Shown one piece after another: positions 11,906 through 24,219 of a stretch of 64,000 nt of DNA. Position numbers and translations under genes: made by a program. Numbering within the stretch: the first letter of the stretch is position 1; every line of letters starts with the position of its first letter. This DNA is from Moniliella sp. 'wahieum' (Eukaryota). Below the pieces are notes generated by a model. It was not told the origin of the DNA and ran no database searches. It was given only the letters and a program-made list of their open reading frames with translations. The DNA is taken from NCBI GenBank assembly GCA_003971905.1, contig RSEE01000061.1, forward strand, positions 1 through 64,000, in the 5' to 3' direction.

Positions 11906-14057
11906 TTACATTGTAAAGTCCTTATTCAAACACCCGGGCTTCATCCCGCAATCCGCTGGTTTATATCAACGTCTGCGCTCCTGCGCTTAGCTGGACCAAG
12001 CAACAACATCTAACTATCTCCAATGAGACTTTTCTCTCAGTAAAAGCATGGTCCACCATTGTTCAATGATGTGTTGTGGCCGTCTTGGTGGCCCAGTACT
12101 CATACCTGCGCGTCGTCATGACCACACAAGGGAAAACGGTTCTCAAGTGCGCCCAGGTTGGTGGTACGAAGATGTACTTATTATTTTGAGGTTCTTGTCG
12201 CATCCTGGTTGCTTTCCAACCGTCGAGGATGCAGTGGGTTCTTTTTATCCTGGTGTTTAATTGACACGTGTCGCGTTTCTTTATGCATCAGCTTCCAGTA
12301 CACCCCACCATGAGTTCTTTTTTGTGCCCGACAAATCCCTCAAGTTGTGATGTACCTCCTCCAGATCACTTGAGGTGTATGAGGGGTTTTCGACAAGAGA
12401 AAATGTGGTGTGGCAATAACTAAAGGTGTGGGAGGTGAAGTGTAACCTTCGTAGTGGCCCTTATTGATGTCAAAAGGTGCGTATGCTTCTGACGGTTTGA
12501 CAAGAGGGGTAACCTTAATATTCATGGCGCCCCCTGGCGTACGCCTTAAGAAAAGTAAGATACTACTGTATTATGATGATGCATTATAGAATACGAGAGG
12601 ACAACGCTGGACCTACCGCTTGGTCTGAGTGCCATATATATGCGATGCTGTTTAGGGTCTATCTTCTTTGTATGTCTGGGTGCCCCAACAAGTCCCTCTA
12701 CCGTTCCCCCCCCGTCATAGTCCCTATATTGGAGTAGCCACAACTTTTTGTAGTCGATACTATGTATAGTCCACACCATTCCACACGCCATGCATAATTG
12801 TCAATGGTATTCAACATTCCGCCTAACACCGTTCCCCGTTTGTCAGTCGCGAGAGAATCGGAGAAACTTACACACCTCCCTGAGGATGGCCACGAGTGAC
12901 GGTTGGGGGCGGAGACTGGACGTATTTCATACTACTGTGGGAAAGCCATTGGGTGAGAACCCTTGAAAGGACAGGAATAGAGAGCGTTTGTGCTGCGGGC
13001 TCGATATGAGGGCTATTAGTTTGAAGTGAAGGGCGAAGAATCGGAAGGCGAAGGCAGGAAGAGTGGGTGCACGGAGATGACCGGTAAGCCTATCGAGGAA
13101 TCGGTTCTATATCGCGAAGGAGGGGGAGGAGATGGCGCAGAGAATAAGAGATACTATTTCTACACATAGGCTGACTGGAAGAGAGGGCTTATGAACTAGA
13201 AAACGCTAACTACAGGCAGTGGTTCACCGCTTTCAAGTCCACCATATTAAGCTGCCTTGTCACTTTCATCCCCTCTCTTTTACCACATTACGACGGCAAA
13301 AGAACAGGCTATTAACGTGCTTTGCGGACGCAACTTTTCACTGTCCTGCTCAAGTTGTAAATGATAGGAATGTGAGGTCCCGGACTTGGCATCGTCCTCT
13401 AAAAGAAAGGGGTATTCGAAGGGTTAGCACTTATATGGTGAACGAGAGCCTATAAAAGAGCCTATGATTTTTGTTGGGGTTGCATGCCGTGAAGACTGGC
13501 TACAATTGCGAAGCCGATGGTTACGTAAGACGGGAGAAGGGCCTCTGTCGCATGTCACATGTCACCTCCACCCAGCGCGCATAACCGTTCCTTGTTGACA
13601 TGGTGGCCGAGTGGGCCCAGCCGCAACGCGTAACGGCAGGCATCGCTAGCCAGCTCCCAATTGCGCCCCGGCCCGGAGGCCTGGCAGCGGCTCTGGCTCC
13701 CGGTGGTCAGGTCATCATCCATCCGCGAGTATCGGCAAAGTCTGCCGGGCTCCCCAAGCGGAGATACTGGTTGGCGGCAGCCAAGCTGGCAGCGACGCTC
13801 GCGTGAGTCGTGTCTGGCTAGAAGCGGAATGCCGGAGGCGGCATGGAGCAGTCTTCGGAGACGAGCGGGACCGCGCTTTCAAAGCTGCCATGTATCTGAT
13901 CTGGCCGGCTCAGCGCGCTCACTGTCGCGCCCGGATCAACGTCTTTAGCACCCCATCCGGATACCCTTACCATCTCACCTGGCCCCTGCCCTCACTTCGG
14001 TCGTTCCTCAACACCTCACCTCCTCTTCTCGCTCCCTTCCTCCATGTCACCGGCCTG

Positions 14058-15294
14058 ATGCTGCTGCGGCCCCCAATGAGGATACCCCTCCGCGCCCGAC
14101 TGTAGCTCAAGCCTGCTCTGTGGCCGACCTCGGGAGCTCCAGGTGCCCCCGCTTCCCTTCGTGCACTCCATAAGCTGGGTGTGCATACATCGTCTGAAGT
14201 AGCAGCCAAAACAGCAGCCGAAGCTGGCTGTGGCTCAGGGGGGCACCACTAACTTCTCGCGCTTCCCCTCCCGATGCGTCTCTTTATTGTAGGCTGCCCG
14301 ATCCGGAAAGGGCACGCTCTCTCCCGCCTGCAAAAGAAAGTGGGGAACCTATCTATCATTACCGCTGGAGATCTGCTTCGCCATCACATTTCAGCGGGCA
14401 GCACGCCGCTGGGAAAGCAGCATCCCAGGTCATTGACCAAGGAGTATGTGCTATCCCTTTCTCCTTCCCACGCACTACTGACTGTTTCCCTCGAAGGTCT
14501 GATGCCCGACCAGATCATGGCTGATCTGGTTCAATCTGAGCTCAACTTGATGGACAACAAGGTATGTTCGCTTATCTTCGTTTAAGTATTGTGTACTAAA
14601 CCGAGTTACGCGTCCACGTAGAACTGGATGCTGGATGGTTTCCCTCGCACCTTGTCCCAAGCTGGATTATTGGATCAAAACTTGGAGTTGGGACGCAAGC
14701 CCATCAATATGATGATTAACCTTCAAGTTCCTGCAAGCGTTATTCTTGACCGTATCAAGGGTGAGTGATCCCGCTCTGCGACTGCGTGGCATGAGTTCTG
14801 ACACGATGTCTTTTCTTGTCCCAGACCGATGGGTCCACATCCCCTCTGGCCGTGTGTAGTAAGTTGTTAGCCCCCCCCCTCCATTTTTTCTTCTGTTCGA
14901 AGATCATCACTGACCCTTTTTGCCTTTTTAGCAATCTCACTTTTAACCCTCCGAAGGTACCCGGCAAAGACGATGAGACTGGCGAGCCCCTCTCAAACGG
15001 CCTGACGACACGCCGGAGGTGTTCAGCAAGCGTCTCGAAACATTCCATCAGCTAACCGAGCCCATATTGGCCCATTATGCCCGGGGGGCGGCACGGGTGT
15101 TGAGTAACAAAGATATTGCTTCACCCGCGGGAGCTAGCCCCGCGGATGAAAAGGCAATGATCCAAAAGCTGAAGCATGACCTGGCTTCAGTACCGTTTGA
15201 CCAGCTGGTTGTTGTCTCCTTGGCAGGAACGACTTCGAATTCCATTTGGCCCTTGCTGGAGCGTGTGGTCGAAGCCCGCTTCCACTTGTCTTGA
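14058..15294 (+). CDS. ADK2: Mitochondrial adenylate kinase / GTP:AMP phosphotransferase (AK3/Adk2-like)
   Basis: PMRLFIVGCP(G)SGKGT P-loop (frameshifted); AGDLLRHHI; GLMPDQIM; WMLDGFPRTLSQA; RWVHIPSGRVY; NPPKVPGKDDETGEPL LID region; several introns. Start codon uncertain. Confidence 0.85.
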
Positions 15295-17247
15295 TGTCTC
15301 CCCTGGTGGGAACTTCAGTCGTGGGAGATGCTGTACGAAAGGAAGTGACTGGCCTGATGTTCAGGGAGCGCTCCTCTTTTTATCTCATCGGTGTTCTTGC
15401 CACAATTCCCGTTTGTTAGTACACATCCACAGTTATTCACTGCTCCGCATCAGTCAGAGAAATGGCGCTCTGGACAAGAACGTCATAACCCCACATTTAG
15501 TAAGCTATAATCCCCGACCAGTAGCAACTTCCGCTTTTCTTTCCGGAGAGTGTTCGTTCCACCACTGTCAGGACAGTTTGGGAAACCCTCATCGGAGGCC
15601 GCATGTTTCCATTGGCAAGCGTCTCCTTACCCAAGTAAGTAATGTGCAAATTGAGTAGTGAATAGTGGCGATGACATATGGATCAAGCGACCCTTGATCA
15701 TGAGGATGACAACTGCACCCACCCTTTCACATAGCCTCCTGCGCCACTCTTCTGAACCACATCCTTCATTATCCTTCTCTCCTTCACAGCAAGTGCGACT
15801 TGGAAGCAATTGTGGGGGGAGAGGGTTCTACGAGATGAGCTGCAAAGCAGGCTTCAGAAGACACGGTATAAAGGTAAAGAGGCGATTTGCCAAGAGGCGA
15901 TTGCCTTTCCCCCCCCGCCTCTGACAGGACCCTGGTCTCCCTCGTTTTAGCCCCGACTGTTACAGCAGCCTGCCAGCGGAACTCTTCCGCCGCATCACGG
16001 AACAACGTCTTAGGGCCGTGCAGGGTTACCATATAGCGCTACTATACGCTCCTACGGATCGATCCCACACCAACACGTTGTAATCTACTCAATGGATGTA
16101 ATGACGCTGCCGCATATTTTCCTCTGCAGTGCCTGTTCTTTGCGACAGGCTCTCGGCACTGTCGACGTGGGGTCCCTGCTGCACAGGTCCAGGGTGCATG
16201 ATGCATGAGCAGCCCATTACGCAGTATAAGCGCAAGCGCGCAGACCGCGCCAGAGCGCGGCCCCTAACCCGCCGAAAAGATACTATAACACTTGTACATC
16301 TTCAGAGTGCCTCCGCACATTTTCCAAGCTTCAAGCATTCCGACCTTCACCTGCTTCACCTCAATAGCTTCATGGCTTCATGAGCATCAAGCGTCATCTC
16401 TCGGAGATTAAGCTGTGGGGACTCAGCCTGGGGGCCTGAGCGCCTGTGACATGTGACATGCGACATGTGAGCATGTGAGCACTGACGACAATGTGACGGT
16501 GGTATTAGAGCGTGTGCTTCCCCCAGGCTTCCCCAGGGCTCTGGGCTCAGGTGACCGTCAGTGATCTGACCGGCGACCTGAACGGGGAGCGGGGGCAGGT
16601 TAAAGCGTGAAGCTTGAAGGCTTAAGGTCCAAAAGCTCTCGATGTGAGGTTATAATAATGACGCGGATGAGAGGATGGGTTAGAATACTCGTGACGCGTG
16701 ACTACTGTTGGCTCAACGTTCCACTGGTTCGCCCTCTCTCTGGATACGGCACAATGATACGTTCAGTTGAACGTGGAACCATCGCTCATCGATCGAGCCC
16801 CCGCTTGCCCGAGCCTACGCCAGCAGTTCCTGAGGCTCAACGCGCTCAACAGGCCTGAAGGCCTGGTGCATGATGCCTACGATGTTTCTATGTGGCATAT
16901 ACGTCATCTGAGGCATAGGGCCAGTGCGAGCTTTTCCCCGGCATAGGGCACTAGACGCCCCCTGCCGCCCCAGGCCCGGATAAATAGATGTGTTTTTTCC
17001 ACTTCATGCATACAGCGTCGGAGCTGTGGTCGGGACCGGTGATACGAGAACTCACCCACATGCCACAAGGGCAGTGTCGGTGCGTACGTGTTCCTGACCC
17101 TTATCTGCGCCCTTAGTTTGGCCCCTGGCCGCAGCCACCCAGGCGCTCCCAGATTAGATGATTGCCGGATTATGGATTTAAGCTTTAAGATTGCGATTAC
17201 GATTGCGGCTTCTGTTCCTCGCGCAACTAGAGCGCTGCACGCGCAGC

Positions 17248-17432
17248 GAACATTGAACGTGTTGAACGTGACGCGTGACGCGTGACACTTCCCTGAGGCC
17301 TCTGACCTCCTGAGGGGCCGGAGGAAGTACTGAGGTTTGAGATTTGGTGCATGATGCATGATGCGTGATGTGTGATGCGTGATGCGTGAGTACTGAGTAA
17401 ATGCTTGTATGAGATCTGAGTCTGAGATCTGA
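17248..17432. repeat. Cluster of degenerate TGA-centred heptamer repeats
   Basis: TTGAAC units, (CGTGACG)n at 17267-17286, CATGATG/CGTGATG run at 17349-17390, TGAGATC-type run at 17410-17432. Confidence 0.85.
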
Positions 17433-19322
17433 GGACAAGCAATACTCTCTCCTGTGTTCTGCATCCATCTGCATCCCGGGTGTAACATTTGCATCCGCCA
17501 TTGCAGACGTTAAAGCTTGAAGAGCTTGAAGAGAGAGAGAGGGAAGAGCTCTGGCGCATCAGGCTACGCAATGCCTTGCCATGCAGAATTTCGGATTGAC
17601 CACAAGATATGTGTCCCCGCACAATAAACCTGGGACAGAGGCAGAGTGAAAGAGCGAACGGGACAACAAAAAAGGCTTGAAGCTTGAGAAGACATGGATT
17701 TGCTAGTGAAGAAGTGCTCTAACCCCCTATAAGCGCCAGACAGAGCATATCCGAGTGGGGTTCCCTGTCGCCTCTGGGCTACGAATAGAAATCACAGGAT
17801 TAGAGAAGCTGGCTTGCCGTTCGAAAAACTACTGGATATTGAACGTATCGAGCGTTAAACGTCAAGCGCAATAAGCGTGAGCGCACGAGCGTATAGACCG
17901 CTCAAAACACCCACAACTCCTCGACACCTCTATAATTTTCTGGGCGCCTCTTCTGAGATGAGATGCTGTGAGACCATATTTATTGGTTAAATGGTGGGGC
18001 ACAAAAGCTCGACGTTCTGATTGCCCTGAGGCGCTCTGAGATATCTGTGAGCGCTCTGAGCGCTCGCTGAGCACTAGGCTCAGCCACTACTGAGCCTCAA
18101 GTCTCAGCTCACCACAGCGCTCAAAGGCTCAGTGTTGATATATAAGACGAGAGTGTCTCCTGTTTTGACTAGTGTCCTTCAAGCTTCAAGCGCTAAGCTT
18201 CATGCAGGACACTTCGTATAATACTTCGTCATGCGTCACGGTATTGTACCTGAGCGCCACAAAACCTATCATGTCTGTCTAGCAAGGCAGTCTCGTAAAA
18301 ATTCGTCTGGGGATATTGCATCTCCCCCCTGTAACTACAGTAACAGTAAAGTATCTTTCGCGACATGCGATGAATGTACGCTCGCCCCTCCATACGCGCT
18401 CAGCTGGCGGTGTTGCAAGGGTAAATAAACACCATCGTGAATGGTCTGGTGTGACCTGTGTGACCTGTGACTGTCACATGCCACATGCCACTAGTCACTA
18501 AGTACTAACAGCTAACGCCTAGTCTAGTCAGCGAGGCTTTCTGAGAACTACTTGGCACGCCTGAAGGTTTTGAGATCCGGCTGATTGATGAGGATGTGCC
18601 GTGGCTGATGCAGGCGTTCCACAGCAGCGCGCAAAGCGCGCTCCAAGCGAAGTATCAATGTGTATTCCAAGGCACAGGGACACTAATCAAGCGGCGTGCG
18701 TTAACCACAGGTTTCAAAACAGTAAGACATTCGCTGATAAGGAGCCAGACACCTGCCCACACGAGCCCGGTGCCAGCCTGGGTGGGCATCTCACACTTGC
18801 TCCGTTGCCCCGAGGCGCGTTCCTGTCGGCGGCGCTGTGCGCCCAGATGGGGGCGCTGGGTGCTGGCGTCTGGTCGCTGCAGCTGGGAGAGCAGGGACCT
18901 GCCATGGCCGAACCCGCTGAACCATCGCGACACGGCGAACTTGGCTGCCTGCCCTACTGAGACCTAAGGCCGGAGGCTGCTCTAAGGCCCTGGGGCTCAG
19001 GCTGAGCGTTGGTGCCGGTGAGCCCTCCTGAGCGCCTGAGCGCTGTGAGCGCTGGGCGCCGAGGCTGGCTCGAAGGCTTGAAGCTTGAAGCTTGAGATCT
19101 GGTCGGTGATTGCCATCGATGATCGATGATTAATGATTGCGGCTGCAGCCACCGCCACCACCAAGTGCATCAGACACCCATGGTTGCCAATGTGCTGTGC
19201 TGTGTTGCGGTCCATATATATAGTCCCCCACACGCGCCCTCGCTGTCCCTTCTCTGTCATCCGCCGTCCCCCCCTCTAACGCCCTCTTTTACCATTCCTT
19301 CCCCTCCGCACGCTTCCACGCC

Positions 19323-21108
19323 ATGAGTGCTTACGACAAGGAGGGCTACTCCGGCAGCAGTGACAAGCCTGTTGCTTCCACGTACGGCTTTGAGGCGGCA
19401 GCCCCTGCAGCCGCCCATGCTGACCCCACCAAGGCTGAGGCCCTGGTCAGTGATTACCAAGAGGGTCAGCTCCTTGGCATTGACGACGACCACCGCCTCC
19501 AGCCCAAACTTGGCACATCTGGCAGTATCGCGATTGCTTACCTGATTGGCGCTTCCTGGGTTTCCCTCATTGGCACAATTGACACCACCATGACCGCTGG
19601 TGGCAATTCGGTTATTTTCTGGGGCCTCATCATCTGCATTGTCTGCAGCCTGATGAGCGTCATGAGCTTGGCCGAAGCCTCTTCCCTCTGGCCTACGGGG
19701 AATCAAGAAGTCTGGGCCTACCACATGGCCACGCCTTCGTGGAGGAGAGTGTCTGCCTACCAATCGGGCTGGCTCTTGCGGTGGGCTATATCCTCCTTGG
19801 ACTGTCAACGAATGCTGTGATTGCTCAAGTAAGTATCCTTGCATCCTTTGTCTATGCTGTTCACTGACTTTTTCCCTCTGCAGCTCATCCTGGCCATGGC
19901 CCAGATTACCAATCCCTCATACACGATTGAAGCATGGCACACGTCGTTGCTCATGCTTGGCATCTCGGTTCTCAACACCTTTATGGGCATCTTTGGAAGT
20001 TCTCTCCTCGAACGCGCCAATACGGGCAATTTTATTCCAATGTCGCAACTTTCCTTGTGATTTTCCTCGTCTTGCTCATTGAGACGGGCAAGGAACACTC
20101 GTTCAACAGCGCCTACAACGCATTTATCTTCATTCCCAACGAAAGCGGATGGAGGAACCTTGTGATCCCATGGATGACCTCCTTGTCGTCAGTCGCATTT
20201 GCTACGTGTGCTTACGACTCAACGTTCCACTTTGCCAGTGAAATGCGCTTCCCCGAACGCAGTGCGCCCATCGCCGCTGTTACGGGGCTGGCTCTCAACT
20301 GCTTTACCACTCTCGTCATGGCCATCGTTCTCATCTTCTGCACCCCACCTTCGGACGACTCGTTGGCCAACGCGGATTCGGGGAGCGCTTTTACCCAGCT
20401 CATGATCAATAAGACGGGCTCAGTCGCCGGAACGACAGTCATCATTGTGAGCATTGTGGTCCCGTACTGGATTGGCGGTGTGGATGGCAATATGGCCTGT
20501 GCACGTATTATGTGGGGGATGGCCAACCGCGGTGGGTTGCCGAAAATCTTTGGTGCTGTGAACCAGAAGTGGGATGCGCCTTGGTTCTCTCTTGTTGTCG
20601 TCACTGCAATCCAGGCTGGGCTCGGTTTCATCAACATTGGCTCAGATGCTGCGTTTAACGCGTTTATCTCGGCTCCTATCATTTGCCTTGGTGCGAGCTA
20701 CAGCTGGGTCTCGTTCTGGATGCTTTTCAATGGACGCCCTCACCTCAACCTGAGGCCTAGTTTCAAGTTGGGACCAATCTTTGGCCCCGCTTGCAACATC
20801 ATGACAATCGTGTTTACCGTCTGCTTGACCGTCTTCCTTTGTCTCCCTACCGAGTATCCCGTCACGGCAGTAAGTCGCACCTTCCAAAAGTTTTTTTGTT
20901 TGACCTTACCTGTACTGACCAAATTCCCTTTCAGTCTGGTATGAACTACACGTGCGTGATCTTGGTCGCGTTCTTGGGATTGGGGCCCGTATTTTGGTAC
21001 TGCTACGGCAAGAAGAACTACAGGGGACCACTCCCACCAGGCTCGCAGGCAGCGGAGGAGGTTTCGTCGGAAACCGAGGACCGGAAGTCGGCTCTGCTGG
21101 AAGGGTGA
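19323..21108 (+). CDS. APC-superfamily amino acid/choline/GABA permease (Hnm1/Uga4-like)
   Basis: Many hydrophobic TM segments; SLAEASSLWPTG; YDSTFHFASEMRFPERSAP; ARIMWGMANRGGLP; LPTEYPVTA|SGMNYTCV. Introns at 19829-19883 and about 20870-20934. Confidence 0.88.
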
Positions 21109-21889
21109 GGCACGGCAAATACCTCCCTTTCTGCGCGTTGCCTCCAAAAAAACTTCGCTCGAGGACGCCATTTGCACAGGCCATACCTCTTTCAGACACT
21201 CACACTTGCGTTTCTCAAGGCTTAGAGCTATTACCAGCACTCATGCCCACACGTCCTCTCACGTCACGTGCTCCACCTCTCCCCGTTGATTTCCCAGAGC
21301 GGTGTCTTCTCTTTCGCATCATGCCAGCCCTATCTTCCCGGGTAACTTATTGTATTTTGTCATATACTACTTCGTTCTCACAGACATCCCGCAACACTCG
21401 CCCAGTTGTACTCACTCAGTTGTACTCGATATGCACGAGACAGCGCAGCACTATACGATGTAAAAGACCAACAGTTCCCCGTATGACATAGGGGGCATCA
21501 GGTGTTGGTCGCGGGACACTGCGCTCACCTGGCGAGCCACCGAGCACGTGACATAACCACCGGAGATCCGCAGGCATTTGAGAAAGTGAGTAGGTCCTAC
21601 AAAGCTACAAAACTCATGTACAAAACTCATGTAAAGGAAGCATCTCACAGTAACCATGCGAATATTTTGTCCCACACCCAAGGCAACCAGATTAGGAGGT
21701 GCAACAGGCATAGACACGAGGATCCTGCTTGTGTTTCTATTGGGCTGGAATCGATGCCGGACAGACTCTTACAAACGGCCAAAGGGGTCAGAGATAGAAT
21801 GAGCCTAACATGAACCTGCCTGGCACTCTACAGCCCGTGTCTCGAATCGCAAATGGAAAGAGAACCATTCATACGACCCTGCGCGACCT

Positions 21890-22605
21890 TTAGGCCGACA
21901 CGAGAGCCTTCTGAGCGGCAGCGTTACGGCGGATGGCAAGCTGGCGTTGTTAAGGCGGGGAGCAGCCACCTCGACCGTCTTGGGAACAGCCGAGCCCTGC
22001 TCGACGAGGTGGATCTCGACGTGGCAAGGGGAACCCTTGTAGGGTTGATACGGCCGTGAGCACGGTAGGTGCGGCGGTGGTGGTGTGCGGGGCACGGTGG
22101 ATGACAATGTGCTTGATGAGCAGGTTCTCCACCTCAAGGCCCTTCTGGTCGGCGTTCGACTCAGCGTTCTTGAGCAGCGCCACAAGGAACTTGGCGCTCT
22201 TGGTGGGCCAGCGGCCCTGGGTGACCGACCCCCACTGCTTGGCCTGCGAAGTGCGGCCAACGTGCTTGTTGTGCCGGCGGAAAGGCACGCACTGCTTCTT
22301 CTCTTGCACGTCGGCAAGGAAAGCGTAGGCCTTGGACAGCTTCATGCCCTGGATCGTGGCCGCGGTCTCGCGCGTGTTCTTGTAGTGAACACGCAGGTAG
22401 TCCCCACGGCTTTTGGAGCTCTTCTCAGCCAGGTCCGAGTCACGAATAGCGTATTGCTAGACAGAAAAGTTAGTGAACGGAGTGACAGAGTGCATGGCAG
22501 GGCCAGTATTGGCAAAGGTGGCTGCTGCGCGGGAACGCATCACACAGCATGCCAGCCTGGTCCAATCGTGGGATCCTCTGGAGGAGGAGCCATACGCACA
22601 ACCAT
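21890..22605 (-). CDS. RPL17: 60S ribosomal protein L17 (uL22)
   Basis: ATG GTT, intron (GTGCGT...CTAAC...TAG), then [55 protein letters not shown] and SPCHVEI. Frameshifts in the 3' half. Confidence 0.95.
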
Positions 22606-22688
22606 TGCTAACAAGTGTCTTGGCGGTGACGGTTAAGGGGACAGCCGGGGCGAAGTTGGCAAGGGAGGGCAGGCGGCTGGGGGAGCAA

Positions 22689-22709
22689 TAGGGTTATTTA
22701 CGAACCCTG
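22689..22709. promoter_or_regulatory. Inverted TAGGGTT / AACCCTG telobox-like motif pair in the RPL17-RPL25 bidirectional promoter
   Basis: AATAGGGTTATTTACGAACCCTG lies in the roughly 290-bp gap between the two ATGs. The same TAGGGTT occurs upstream of RPL9 (5336-5342) and RPS13 (63965-63971). Confidence 0.5.
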
Positions 22710-22894
22710 ATTCAAAAAGGGGGACATTCCAATTCTGGATACTGACCCTGCGCTACCGGCAGGGCGCAATACTGCGGTATCACAGTGCTGTAGTGCTGCC
22801 GGACTACATTCCGCCCCGCCGGCGGTTTCCAGCTTGCTGCTGGGCCTGGCACCCAACCCGCAGCGAGGCTCTCCACCACACCAACCTGGACAAG

Positions 22895-23468
22895 ATGGCG
22901 ATCGTCAAGAGTGAGTGCATGCATCCTATTCCTAAGCACCGTCGTTGGCTCTTGGTTGCGGTGCCAGTGGAGTAGCCTGGCCTAACATCCGGCTGCAATT
23001 GTGTACAAGCCACGAGTGCTGACTTGTCCCTCTCTGTCCAGCCGAGAAAAAGTCGGTGGCTCTTGCTGCCAAGAAGGCTGCCCTCAAGGGTCAGCAGGGC
23101 ACCCGCGTTAAGAAGGTGCGCCGCAATGTGACTTTCCACCGTCCCAAGACCCTGGCTCTTCCCCGCAAGCCTAAGTACCTGCGCAAGAGCATCCCTCGGC
23201 TCCTCGGATGGACGCGTACCAGGTGTTGCAGTTCCCGCTCAACACCGAGTCGGCAATGAAGAAGATTGAGGAGTTCAACACCCTCGTCTTCATCGTTGAC
23301 CGCCGCGCCAACAAGCATCAGATCAAGGCCGCTCTGAAGAAGGCCTACTCGGTTGAAGCAGCCAAGATCAACACCCTCATCCGTCCCGATGGCAAAAAGA
23401 AGGCGTACATCCGCCTGCACAAGGACCAGGACGCCCTTGACGTGTCTAACCAGATTGGCTTGATCTAA
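22895..23468 (+). CDS. RPL25: 60S ribosomal protein L25 (uL23)
   Basis: MAIVK, GTGAGT intron, then [11 protein letters not shown]...[17 protein letters not shown] and [31 protein letters not shown]...[18 protein letters not shown]...NQIGLI. Confidence 0.96.
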
Positions 23469-24219
23469 ACCACGCGTTTTTGTCCTGTTGCAGAGTTTGT
23501 GATGGTCAAGCCAGGTTAGACAACCTGTGCTTTGACCCTTCTTGTCTTGTTCTCATTCCCCCCTCTCATGCCCTGTGTTGCTTAAAGCGCGCAGTCTTTT
23601 CACTGTGGCTGACAAGGCGAACTTGGCTGTCGGCCATTCCCGTCCATTGACCTCTTTTGGAGGCCCCGGACACCAAAATAATGCCTGGATTCCGATTTCC
23701 CCTCTCGAACTTAACAGCTTCAAGGCGGACGGATCCGAGGAACTATATGCCAGTGCATCTGCGCTGTAAGGACCGAATTGCACATGCCAGCTCCACGTGT
23801 TGTCTGTTTGCTCGTAGCACTGCTAATACCATTTCCTACGTTTGTGGCAACGCTGTGCCCACTGAGCGTGGTGAATATGACGGGACGGCGCACACGATAT
23901 GTGCATGCGTGGGCGGATGAGCAGCATTGAACTTGAACATGGTCATGGGCCCGATTGCGTGTCAGAGGCGGGGGGAGTGCCGCGCAAGAAGCCTGGAGCA
24001 TGGGAAAAGAAATGGCTCTGAAAAAGCGCAGCCCTAGTACGGGGCATGTATTGCGCTAATGCCAGGAGCCTGTGGGAGCCACACTAAATCCGTGGGCCAG
24101 GGGCGGCAGCTATACTGCCCCGCACGGGCCTGGCTTGTGAGGGATATAATACCGCCTTGCCTACCTGCCCTTGGTGGCCCTTCTCCTACCCCCCCCCCCC
24201 CCGCCACCCCACCCGTACC

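Noticed and set aside
15665..15760. Possible C/D snoRNA (GTGG-CGATGAC...CTGA-ACCAC) inside a GTAAGT...CAG interval
   Set aside because: The C box is degenerate, no rRNA-complementary guide was recognised and there is no clear host. Too weak without snoscan/Infernal.
21606..21633. 13-bp tandem duplication TACAAAACTCATG x2
   Set aside because: An isolated slippage duplication in a convergent intergenic region, with no array or spacers.
23553..24001. Possible small minus-strand gene between RPL25 and KGD1
   Set aside because: The short ORFs have no recognisable domain, and a consistent exon structure could not be built.
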